A DNA stretch of 64,000 nt, from NCBI GenBank assembly GCA_028534125.1, contig CM052832.1, forward strand, positions 21,950,001 to 22,014,000, written 5' to 3'. The stretch comes from Lama glama. Its lineage: Eukaryota. Within the stretch, counting starts at the first letter, position 1; each line of letters starts with the position of its first letter. Shown here one piece after another: positions 52,801-64,000 of the stretch. Under the pieces are notes generated by a model. It had not been told where the DNA came from and did not search any database. It was given only the letters and a program-made list of their open reading frames with translations. The position numbers and the translations under genes are program-made.

Positions 52801-55381
52801 GTCCCCTTATGAACAGAGGGGAAACAAATGTTCATTCTCTGATTTGTTGCCCTTGGTGCCTGTCCTTCAAAGCGTTGATTTTCCTCAGATAGCTGGTGAT
52901 TCTTGCTCTGTTTTATTTTTGTTTCTTTCTTATTAATATTTGCTGTGTGGACCTAGATAAAACATCTTATTTGCACACTCAAATGGGATTCTCTGGTTAC
53001 CCCTCAATGTGTTAAGTTTTGATCACAGAAAACTATTTCTGATGATGGCAGGTGAGCACTGGGTCATGTGGCAACAGGAACATTCACACTCTGAGATTTG
53101 GGCATAAAAGACTCCACAAAAATAGTTGATTAAAGAACACGCAGGTGACTTTTCCACTCAAGATAGGCACTCAGTCCTGGCACAGCAGGATCTGTCTCCC
53201 TGAACACCTGCTGTCATAGAATGCTCACACTGCTCAAGCCCCAGAGAAACACCTTGCCTCTGTCCGTGATCTTGAAACAAAAACAGGCAATCCTGTCCAA
53301 ATGCCCTGAGTATTTGTGAGTTGTGCCCTATCGATTTCAGAAATGGGTATTGCTTCAGCAGAGAGGATTTGAGAAGCAGCAACGCTAAAGAAAGAGAAAA
53401 TACAAATTAATTATTGTGACAAATCCTTCCTCTCAAGATGAATGCAGTAGATTCTTACATAATGAAAGATTATTCTCTTAGAGCTAGAATTTTCTAGCTG
53501 GCCTTTGTAAATCTGTAGCTTCTCTTAAATTAGCTCAATATTTGAAACAATCGTACATGACAGGTGAATACAATTTCCCAGTATTAATTCCCATTACTCT
53601 TAAATTTGCATACAGTAAATAATTCACATTACTCTTAAATTTGCATATAGATACACAATTAGCCATAATAGGCATGTAGTATGATACTAATTCTTTCTAT
53701 TGGCAACCAGATGGACAATGAAAACTAAATATGTGACTATCTTTGAGTGTATTTTATTTAACAATTAATAACATTAAAATACAATTTTTAAAAATGAAAT
53801 TTAAACTTCAGCTTTAAAAATAATTTGACTTGAAAATTCAACGTTCATTAACTTTAATTTGTAGTTTGTAATTCAATTTTAATAATTTTAAATATTTTAG
53901 AAAAAGAGGACATGTTTGAAAACTTACATGAAAACTCACTTTCACATTTAATTTACACATTTTAATAAAAGTAATGGAAATTTTACATATTTTCAAGATA
54001 ATTATTTTCTTTTTAACCCCTCAGATAATTACTGTCAATAAAACACTAATTATATGAAAATCTTGATTATAACAATGTAGTTAGTTTGTTGAAATGGTCA
54101 AGAAAAAGAATGTTATGGAATAAGTATATAGTCATTTATGAATTACAGTTTTTTTCAGACAGCTAAGCCCATGAATGGCGCATCAACTGAATAGTGAGAC
54201 AGTTGCAACACTAATTAAAGTCAGACATCTTTGGTATTTTGCAAAACCATGGCTTTGCATACTTCAAAAAGTTTTGTTATAAAGGAGTGTTTGTCAAAGT
54301 AGAAAGATAAAATATACATAATGTATATGCATGTAGTATGTATTTGTTTGTATACAAAGAGAGAGAGAGAGATTGAACGTAATTTGTGGCTTTAGAGACA
54401 CCTTACTCTTACCTGGGGCCCTCTACCTATGTTTTGAAACACAATTCTCTCTTTAGAGAGTAATGCTCATGATTTTAATTTGGAATCTTTCACCCTCCAT
54501 AGTCTTGGCCAAAGTCTAGAGTTACCTCTGGGTGCCTTCTTGCTTTGCTCTCTGACCCAAATATCCATGATTTTCTAATTCTAACTCTAAGCCTCACCAT
54601 GCTTAGAAAAAATATTCACAGGCCTTTACTCTGGGAGCAAACTGTTGGCTAGCACATGGGGAGGGGAGCGCGATCCAACAGACCCTGCTGTCCCAAGTCA
54701 GACATTTGATAATTGTCATTATGATGTGTCCAGGCTCTTCTCTTTTCTACTTATTGACAACGAACTTGAGGTTTCCTTAGGAAAATCCATTCTTACCCTT
54801 GAAATATCACTGAAGTGGCTTTCTCCAGTTAGTGTTTTGCCTACAGTTTCTCCACTTGTTTGCTTTGCTCATGAGATGCTATAAATGTTCTATTTTTTCC
54901 AGGAATTCCTCAACTCTTTTATCTGCTGCCTGCAGCCCTTCTAGATTTCTAGTGTCACTATGAATTACTGTTTTTAAAATATCTTTCTTGACATTCCAAT
55001 AGGCATATGCACAGGATGGGAAGTTATTGTGTTTAATGTATTATTTGAATCCCTATACATTTACTGACATTTTAAATCTCATTGCCTGTGTTGGTGAGCT
55101 TTGGTTATACCAAATGCTTGCCATCTCTGCTCATACACTGCTGTGTCATGCTTCTGTGTCTTTAGTCATGATGTTTTCTCTTTCTCACTCAAATACTCTT
55201 TCCCAGTTTCTTCCCCTGGTGAACTCTTACTTTACCTTCAAAACTCAACCCAAGCTCCTTTCTCCAGAAAAGAACTAACCAAGTAGATAAATAAATAAAT
55301 ATATAAAATTTAAGATTTCCAAGACATTCTAGTTTGAGTTAAGCTCCTCCCTTCTCTAACACCTGTATACAGTCTATCTCT

Positions 55382-55502
55382 TAGGTTGCCAGATAAAATA
55401 TTTGGGAAACACTTATACAAAAATGTGTTCATTGTTTATCTGAAATTCAAATTTCACCAGGCATCCTGCTTTTGTTTTTGTTTTCTAAATCTGGCAACGC
55501 TA
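55382..55502. mobile_element. MER53-like hAT MITE
   Basis: Inverted termini TAGGTTGCCAGAT ... ATCTGGCAACGCTA; internal TTTATCTGAAATTCAAATTT. Confidence 0.75.
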
Positions 55503-55707
55503 AATATCCCCTCACTTACTATACTGTATAGGCTTTATCTGCTTACGTGCTTACCTCTCCCTTGGGTACTGAAAGTTCCTTGCAGGAAGGAACAATGTCT
55601 ATTTTTTTTTTTCAGTTAGGTGTTGGGTTGGGGGGGGGAGATGGGGACCACATCTTTTTTATCTCTGGATCCCTAGAGGCTGACAAATTGCCTGACACAC
55701 TAGGTTA

Positions 55708-56130
55708 TCATATTAGTTAAGATCTTTTGGTTGCAAGTAACAGACACAAACTCAAGGCTAAATAAGCAATGAAGAATTTATTATGAGAATTCCAGGGCCA
55801 GGGTGCTGCTGGCTTCAGGAAGCATGTGGAACTCATTGCTCTTGCTTTGTCTCTTATCTCTGTTTCTCTTAACTCCTGCAGTTCCTTCTTTAATTGCCAT
55901 GGCTTCCTCTGCTACTCACTTCTTGTGGAACATGACTACAGCTCCTCCACTCAAGAAATACGCACTAGTTTCTCTTAGTCCCCAATTCCAGTTCCTGAGG
56001 AAGAAACTATGTTCAACCAGTTGAGTCGGGGAAAGGAGGGTCATGTAATACTAATCAGAGGACCCACCTGTGACACTATTGTTTGATAGTGGAGGAGGGA
56101 AGCAGACAGGATTTCTAATACATAGATGCT
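55708..56130 (-). mobile_element. MaLR LTR (MLT1-like)
   Basis: TATTAGTTAAGATCTTTTGGTTGCAAGTAACAGA...GAATTTATT. Confidence 0.6.
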
Positions 56131-57029
56131 ACATCAGTCGGAGTTCTCCATAAAACAAAACCCATAGAATGTGTATGGGTCTTTTTTAAAAGGGTCATCG
56201 TATGCTCTGATTCCCATATCCCTTCCATTCTGGCACTCCTGTTTGGAGTTTCAAAAGAAACCCAGTACATATCATCACTCTCTTACCATTCAAAGCATAA
56301 TGAAAGCCAAGTGCTCAATACTGCAATGTGTTGTCAAAACACCTCCAGGCACTTCCTTTTTTAAACCAGTTTAAATTGCTCTTCTACCATTTTAAAATGG
56401 ATGCAGTCTTCCTCAGATCTACAAAAACGCTGACTTCTAGAAGAAGCCCTTTGTTTAGTGGTAGCAGAGCTAAAAAGTGAGGTAAAGTAAAAGAGAGTTG
56501 CTGAGAACAAAAACAAAACCAAGAGAAGAATCTTGCTTTGTAATCATATCTGAAGCTCTTCAAAAAACATGGCTGGTGTTAGAATTTTTGTGAACCATTT
56601 GGAAAGTCTCCTTAATGACACTGCTATATAATTAAGTTTCGGGGGGTTATACTGAAACCACTATATATTTGAAAACTGAAGTAACAGGAACTTTATTAGG
56701 TACTTAACTCTAAGAGTTGTGGCTTCCTATACTTTATTCGTTCTGAGTGTGGCAGCTTTAAGTGGTACACACCAAAACAGGAAGAGACCAGAGAGTGGTC
56801 TTCTTTTTCTTTTCTCTTACCATGTTATCTTCTTGCCCCGGTAAGAAAAAATAATCATACTAAAACAAACATTTTTACAAATGACAATTTCTTGAAAAGG
56901 TTAGTACTATATCAGTTATGTCAAGTCATCGCCAAAAGAAATACAAGAAGACAAAATTGGTGATCTCACCAGGAAGAGAATACCTTGGTCATTTTAATTT
57001 AAGAAGCTAAATAGCTGGGGTGGTGGAGG

Positions 57030-57700
57030 AGCCCGGGAGTCTGGGTTTCAAGGTGGTGCTGGTCTTTCTCCATCCGCGTTTCCGGGCCGTGAGGGCTGCA
57101 GAGCGCGCGGGGAGTCGGCTCCACGGAAACCTGGGTTTAGTTAGAAGAGCCGTGGAGGTTGGGAAGGGGTGACCGGAAGTGACCCTGGGATAACCGGAAG
57201 CGAGGCCTGGAGGGGCGAGGAGGGTGGCTCCCGGAAGGTGCTTCTGGCGGAGGGCGGCGGCCGGAGGGTGTGAGAGCGTCTTGGGAGCGCGGTAGGCGGC
57301 AGGTGGCTGCTGCTGGTCTGTTCGGAAAGCGGTAAGCGACCACCACGAGCTCGAGGGGAGAGCTCGCGGGGCCTCTGGGCGGCCTGGAGGGGTTAAGCCG
57401 AAGGGCCGATGCCGGCTCCGGAGAGCTGGGGGAAACTGATTCTGGAAGTCAGAGCAGCCAAGAGCAAGGAGCCAAGGATACGGGCAGTGCGGGTCGGCCT
57501 TGAGGTGGCTGGTGGGTACCGCATGGGAGATCTTGGTTTGGAGTTTTCTACAGTTTTGCCGCGTTGGGTAGAATCACACTACTACTCGCCTTTGTACCAG
57601 AAACGGTGTCTCCTGGGGCAAGCGAGGAGCCATGATGGCCGGGGCTCTGAAGCTGCCTCTGGCGGATGAGGTGATGGAATCCAGGCAGGTGCAGGACTTG
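57030..57700 (+). promoter_or_regulatory. Second CpG-island-like promoter of an unidentified plus-strand transcript
   Basis: High GC and CpG. ETS/GABPA-type sites ACCGGAAGTG (57172), ACCGGAAGC (57193), CCGGAAGG (57231); GC box GGGCGG; donor GCG|GTAAGC at 57331/57332; G-rich skew downstream. Confidence 0.75.
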
Positions 57701-59260
57701 GATGCTAGCCTGTCCAGGGTTGGCCTGGAACCAGGTGCTGGTGCCGGTAGCCTATAGAGTTGAATGACATCTTCCTAGACCCTGCACCTTCTGAATCACA
57801 AAGGCAGGAGACAAAATTAGGCAGGGTGGGGGGTGGGTTGTAGCGAAGGAAGAGATGTGTAGAGTTAAAGCAGCTGTCTTAAGTTAGGGAGAAGAAACTT
57901 GTTTCTTTTGTTTTGAGTAGTGTGTATTGTGGAAGAAAAGGAAAAAAGATTGCAGGCAGCGTCGAGAAAAATGGCCCTTGATTAGCCACCAATGGTTGTT
58001 GACAGGCTGTTGTGCAGTGTGGGTGACTTGGAGATTGTTGTGTGTCTATGCGTGAGTTGGTTGCACAGGGCTTGTGCGAAGAAGAGGCCACAGTGAAATG
58101 TGGGAGGTGTCTAGGGAGTTGGGGCTTAATGATGAACATTGGTTGACCGCTTGTTGGGAGGAAATGTGAGACCTTAGCGAAGAAGTCCACACACCTGTAT
58201 CTTAACCTGCTTTAAGGCATCGCTTGATTCTAGGAGTTCTGACTACTGAAACATAAGCTATGAAATGAAAAAGTATCAAAAATAACTTTAGATGGTGTCT
58301 AGACCTTGCATGTATCAAGCCAAATGTTGATAATAAATGAAACTCTCCTTTGAAAGCAAAAAAAAAAAAAAAAGAGAGAGAGAGAGAGAAGCTAGACAAT
58401 TAAAGGATGAAAGGTAATACAAATCACATAGCATTTTCCCCCGAAGTACAATAAATGGGGAAAAAAAGAGCAGAGGCCCAAAGAAGGTTGTAAACTGAGT
58501 TGAATGGCTATTTCCAAAAAATCATTAATAGTATATTGTTTGTCTCTGGTCTTCCATCGGTGCCTACTGGAATAACCAGAATTGGAACAGTAAGGTCCAA
58601 GATACCAAATACTAACCCTGGGTCAGGAGGGGATTTGGGCTCGGGAGTAGGAGGTCTGTGCCAGGCAGGTGTCTCCAAGCCAAGTTTCACACTGGTTGTG
58701 AGAGCCTGGCAAACAGTGGGCCGGAGAGAGGGAAGATGTAAAAGAAAGCAAAGGTAATATGATGTTAGCTGTGGAATCAAGACAAAGGCAAGAAACAGTC
58801 AGTCAGCAAGAATGGCTCAGAAAGGATGTTCTTACGGGAGTTTTTTGCCCAGTGTTCTCACAAAATGACTACCAAAGGGTCAGCGTGTCCAGCACTGTGT
58901 CCGTGGCTGTTCCTGCTCTCATTGGCCTCTACCCTGTTGGCACCTGTCCACTAACGAGTTGTGCCTGGGGCCTCTGGGAAGGCAACTGAACTCAGCTGGA
59001 GAAGGGGCCTGGAGGAAAAGCCGTTTTTATCCAGGGCAGCTCCTGGCACTCGGTTTGCACACATCAACACTTCAGAGAAGAGTTAAGGAAAGCACTCCAT
59101 GGTCCTGCTGAGGTGAAACTCTCATTTTTTCTGTCTCCTTGCTTCTCTTCTAAGATTTCTGTTTCTGATTTAATTCTTGGCTTTTCAAAAAAATAATGAA
59201 TTGCAAAGCTTTGCCTTTCCTTTAATTCTACCCGATTTTCTATTTTTATCTTTCTTTCAG

Positions 59261-59330
59261 AAGGCTTGATTGCAGTGCACAGCACAGAAAAAAGATTAAC
59301 TCAATCTATGGTGCATTAGTAATACATCAG
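59261..59330 (+). other. Candidate 70-nt internal exon of the plus-strand transcript
   Basis: Long pyrimidine tract TTTTCTATTTTTATCTTTCTTTCAG| with a branch-like TTTAAT ~35 nt upstream; donor CATCAG|GTAATG. Confidence 0.5.
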
Positions 59331-59579
59331 GTAATGAACTATCACATTGGTACTCTGAAGGCCAGTTGTTCTCAAAGACCCTGTCAGTCCCTTACCTTTA
59401 TCTTTCTGGTATTTTGGGGCCCAATCTCAAAATTTAAAAAAATTGTGTAATAATTTTACATACAAAAATATTAATGCAGCATGAATGTGAGTTTTGATGC
59501 TTAATAATGAGATGAGCACCTGTGAACTCAACATCTAATTTTAAGAATAAGGTACCAATACCATTGTACCAAAGCATGT

Positions 59580-62500
59580 TCAATTTATAAACATTATTTT
59601 CATCATGCTTTTGGTGTTTTCTTAAGTCATCACCAAAACAAAGGGAATCTAGATTTTCTTCTATTTAATCTTCTAGAAGTTTTATGGATTTTGTTTTACA
59701 TTTAGGCCTATGATTAATTTGGAGTTAATTTTTGTGAAAGAGGTTAAGGTTGTGTCTAGATTCATTTTTTTTTTTGACATGAGGATGTCCAGTTATTTTA
59801 GCACCGTTTGTTGAAAAGACTATCCTTTCTCCACTGAATTGCCTTTGTTCCTTTCTCAGTGACCAGTTGACTATATTTCTGTGGGTCTTATTCCTGGAGT
59901 CCAGTCTGCTCCACAGATCAATTTGTCTGTTGCTTCACCAGTGCCATGCTGATTTGATCACTACAGCTTTATAATAAGTCTTCAAGTTGGTAGTGTCAGT
60001 CTTCCAATTTTGTTCTTCAGTTTTCTTTTGGCTATGCTGGAGATTTTCCCTCTCCATATAAAATTTAGAATCTCTGTTGATATCTACAGAATAACTTGAT
60101 CTATAGATTCAACTCAGACTTGGGGTTGAGTTGAATCTATAGATCAAATTGGGAAGAACTGATATCTGAACAATTTTTAGTCTTCCTATCCATGAACATG
60201 GAATAGCTTTCCATTTATATAGATCTTTGATTTCTTTTATCAGAGCTTTGTAGTTTTCCTCATGTAGATCTTATACATATTTTATTAGGTTTATACCTAA
60301 GTGTTTGCCAGCTCTCTTTCTAGTATTGATTTCTAATTCAATTCCACTGTGGTCTGAGGACCACTGTATAATTTCTATTCTTTTAAAAAATGTTAAGTTG
60401 TGTTTTGTGCTCCAGAAAGTGGTCTATCTTGGTGAATATTCCATGTGAGCCTGCTGTTGTTAGATGAAATTTTCTATAGATGTCAATTAAGTCTAAGTTA
60501 TTGATGGTGCTGTTGTGTTCAGCTGTGTCCTTACTGACTTTCTGCCTTTTGGTGTCAATTACTGATAGGTATTGAAGTCTCCAGCTAGTAGTGGGTTTGT
60601 ATATTTCTCCCTGCTGTTCTGTCAGCCTGATGTATTTTGACACTCTGCTGTTGGGCACATACACAGTGAGGACTGTTTTACACTTTGGAGTTTTGACCTC
60701 TTTATCATTATGTAATGACCTCTTTATCCCAGATAACTTTCCCTACTCTGAAGACTGCTCTGTCTGAAATTAATGTAGCTACTCCCACTTTGTTTTGATT
60801 AGCATTTGCATGGTATGTCTTTCTCCATTCCTTTATTTTCAATCTATCTTTATATTTAAGGTGGATTTCTTATAAATAACACGTAGTTGGCTCTTGTTTT
60901 TTAATCTACTCTGACAGTTTCTGCTTTCAATTGGTGTGTTTAGACCATTGATATTTATAGTGATTATTGACAATAGTTGGATCAATATCTACTACGTTTG
61001 TTACTGTTGTCTATTTTTGCCTTTTTTTTGTCTCCCACTTTTTTTCTTTCTTCTCTGGTTTTAAGTGAGCATTTTGTATGATTTCATTCTTCTGTCTTGT
61101 ATAAATTATGCTTCTTTATAAAAAATTTTTAGCTGTTTTCATAGACTTTGTGGTATACATTTACAGCTAATCTAAGTCCATTTTCAAATAACACTACTCT
61201 GCTTCACATGCAGTACTGGTATGTCATAACACGCTATCTCAGTTCCTCTCTCCATCCCTTATAACACTGCTGCCATTCGTTTCACTTATCCATAAGCTAC
61301 AATCATCTAACATATGGTTGCCAATTTGTCTGTTAGCTCAATTATGAGTAAGAAAAATAAAATATTTTATTTTACCTTCATTTATTACTTCTCTAACAAA
61401 TTTCCTTTCTTTATGTAGATCTGAGTGTCTCACATCTATCATTTTCCTTCTCTCTGAAGAATTTTTTTTTTTAAAGAACTTCTTTTAACATTTCTTTCAA
61501 GGCAGGTCTGCTGGGAACAAATTTCCTCAATGTTTACTTGTTGGAGAAAGTGTTTATTTCTCTTTTACTTTTGAAGGATAATTTTTTTGGGTATAGAATT
61601 ATAGATTGATTTTTTTTCTTTTAACACTTTAAGTATTTCTCTCCACTCTCATCTTGCTTGCATGGTTTTTCTGAGAAGTCCAATNNNNNNNNNNNNNNNN
61701 NNNNNNNNNNNNNNNNNNNNNNNNNNNNNNNNNNNNNNNNNNNNNNNNNNNNNNNNNNNNNNNNNNNNNNNNNNNNNNNNNNNNNNNNNNNNNNNNNNNN
61801 NNNNNNNNNNNNNNNNNNNNNNNNNNNNNNNNNNNNNNNNNNNNNNNNNNNNNNNNNNNNNNNNNNNNNNNNNNNNNNNNNNNNNNNNNNNNNNNNNNNN
61901 NNNNNNNNNNNNNNNNNNNNNNNNNNNNNNNNNNNNNNNNNNNNNNNNNNNNNNNNNNNNNNNNNNNNNNNNNNNNNNNNNNNNNNNNNNNNNNNNNNNN
62001 NNNNNNNNNNNNNNNNNNNNNNNNNNNNNNNNNNNNNNNNNNNNNNNNNNNNNNNNNNNNNNNNNNNNNNNNNNNNNNNNNNNNNNNNNNNNNNNNNNNN
62101 NNNNNNNNNNNNNNNNNNNNNNNNNNNNNNNNNNNNNNNNNNNNNNNNNNNNNNNNNNNNNNNNNNNNNNNNNNNNNNNNNNNNTTAGTGCCTCAGGCTG
62201 TGACCTTCACAAGCTTCTCTGCCTTTTTCCCCTGTAGGATGGGACAGGAATGCTAGAAGGGGCTGGAACTGGATATTTCCTTTCCCTGGTATCACCTGAA
62301 CTCTGGCAAAATCCACATTGGATAGGCTCTGGCAAAACAGGTTTCCTTGAGGGCAGACCTTTGTTAGGGAGAACAGAATAGTCTGAGCATACTTCAAAAT
62401 AGTTAACTTTTCTCCTCCCCTTGCCAGAAGCAGGAGGGAAATATTCTCAGATCTTTACCCTCAGGTCCTTCACCTTACGGCCCACAATGCCTAAAACATC

Positions 62501-62890
62501 TTATTATCTGGCTCTTCACAGAAAAAAAAATCCGATCTCTGCTCCCCGTCTCTCTTTCCCGATTTCCCTCCTGGAGGGAGCACTAGTGAAAGTGTAAGGA
62601 GCCCTGAGACTGGGTCCTCGGGAGATTCTCTCACACTGGGGGCAGACCCCACAACCAGTCAGTTACCCTTCAGGTTTTCATACCAGTTGCTGGTTCCAGT
62701 GGCTGTTTCTGAGTAAGGTTTGTTCTCTGGATTTGCCTGCTTCTCCAGTTTACAGGGTGGTGGCTTGTCCTAGACCTCAGTTCTCTCACAGATCTAAGGA
62801 GAGTTGTTGATTTTCATTGTTTCGTTTTTTTCTTGTTGGGAGGACGGGAGGGGCGACGTCTACACTCTACACGTTGGACCTGAAACCACC
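59580..62890 (-). mobile_element. Old L1 (5'-like end near 62.9 kb, endonuclease region, later ORF2), spanning the gap
   Basis: ORF 60383-60664 (YVPN...NSTINNLDLIDIYR...HGIFTKIDHFLEHK) is L1 ORF2 endonuclease; TTGTTGAAAAGACTATCCTTTCTCCA is later ORF2. Confidence 0.85.
61685..62184. other. Assembly gap (500 N)
   Basis: Run of N; the round length suggests a placeholder size. Confidence 1.
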
Positions 62891-62899
62891 CATCTCCTC

Positions 62900-63186
62900 T
62901 TTTTGTGCAACCTGTGAGCTGAAAACAATTTTTACATTCGTAAAATTGTTGGAAAAAATCCTAGGAGGAATATTATTTCATGGCAAGTGAAAACTACATG
63001 AAAATTTTAGAATTCATAGTTTTTATTGGAACACAGCCACGCTCATTTATTTACTTACCATTTATGGCTGCTTTCACACTACAGAGGCAGAGTTAAGTAG
63101 TTTTGACAGAGATCTTATGGCCAACAATGCCTAAAATATTTATTATCTGGATCATTACAGAAAAGAAAATTTTTTCCAATCCCTGC
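62900..63186 (+). mobile_element. MER58(B)-like hAT MITE
   Basis: TTTTATTGGAACACAGCCACGCTCATT...GCCTAAAATATTTATTATCTGG...CCCTG. Confidence 0.8.
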
Positions 63187-64000
63187 TGCCCATGTCTTAA
63201 AATTTCTTTATATTTTCCATCTCCTTTTCTATCTGGCTACATTCTGGGTAGTTTTGTCAGATTTACTACACCAGTTTATTATGATGTCTTTAGCTGTATC
63301 TCATCTGCTGGTTTAGCTTCATTTTGTTTTCTTTTCTTCAGTAATTGTATTTTAAATTTCTAACATTTTATTCTTTTTCTGATCTGTGTGGCAGGTTTTG
63401 ATCATCTCTTCTTAATCACTCATTTTTGTGTTACCATCTTCTGTTTCTTTAAGCATTTCATACATATTTATACACTGTATCTGATAATTCCTTTACTTGA
63501 GTTCTTTGAGGTCTAAAACTGATGTTTGCTGCTTCTGCTGTTAATCCTGGTTTGTTTCCTTATGTATTTGATGATCTGGACTGTGATCTTACGTTTGGTA
63601 GATACAGTCTGTGGTCCTCCATTAAGGATGTCTTGTCCGGAGAGGATATGTATTTGCTCTGCTGAAAGTCAGGGGGATGATTCTGGCCTGGAACACTAGC
63701 GCCTTCTTTCAGTTTCTCTGGTTTAATCTCAGAGTCTTAGGTTCAGTACTTCAGTCTTTCTCGGTTGACCCAGGGCTTTTTTTTTCCTTAATTCCGGTGA
63801 CAATATTCTACATGAAATTGATAGCCAACATTAGGTTTACCTGTTGTTCCCATTTACATGCTCTGCAACCTTTCTTTTCAGCTCAGTTTTCTTTTTTTTT
63901 ATTCTTCTGGCCCTTATAAATTCCCTGTTATCTCAGCAATACAATAAAACTTTTTTTTTTCTGTGCAATCTAGATGTTTTGTAACAAGAGGGTTTCCTGG

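Noticed and set aside
57409..57669. 86-aa ORF in the second CpG island
   Set aside because: Lies downstream of the first donor, resembles no protein I know, and is expected by chance in GC-rich DNA.
61658..62237. Longest ORFs in the track (176 and 191 aa)
   Set aside because: Artefacts of the N gap.
1..64000. Prokaryote-type systems (CRISPR arrays, operons, defence islands)
   Set aside because: The sequence is mammalian intronic and intergenic DNA; no regularly spaced repeats or dense ORFs.

Overview
Mammalian genomic DNA, most likely a camelid: it carries seven copies of a tRNA-Ala-derived SINE resembling camelid Vic-1. The window holds the 5' end of CDKAL1 (tRNA-Lys ms2t6A methylthiotransferase) on the minus strand: a CpG promoter and non-coding exon 1 (~37.2 kb), a 44-nt non-coding exon 2, coding exons at 26898-27067 and 23995-24107, and the first ~24 kb of the long following intron. 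The rest is mostly interspersed repeats (L1, L2, MIR, MaLR/ERV1 LTRs, Tigger1, MER8, MER5A, MER53, MER58, MARNA) plus a 500-N assembly gap. The most notable unexplained element is a second, ETS-rich CpG promoter at ~57.2 kb pointing away from CDKAL1, with a clean first-exon donor and a candidate 70-nt second exon. Also notable is a CDKAL1 5' leader in which including or skipping exon 2 would switch an upstream ATG between a terminating uORF and an in-frame N-terminal extension. Gene identity and repeat family names come from my recall of known sequences, not from searches. I found no novel protein-coding system.
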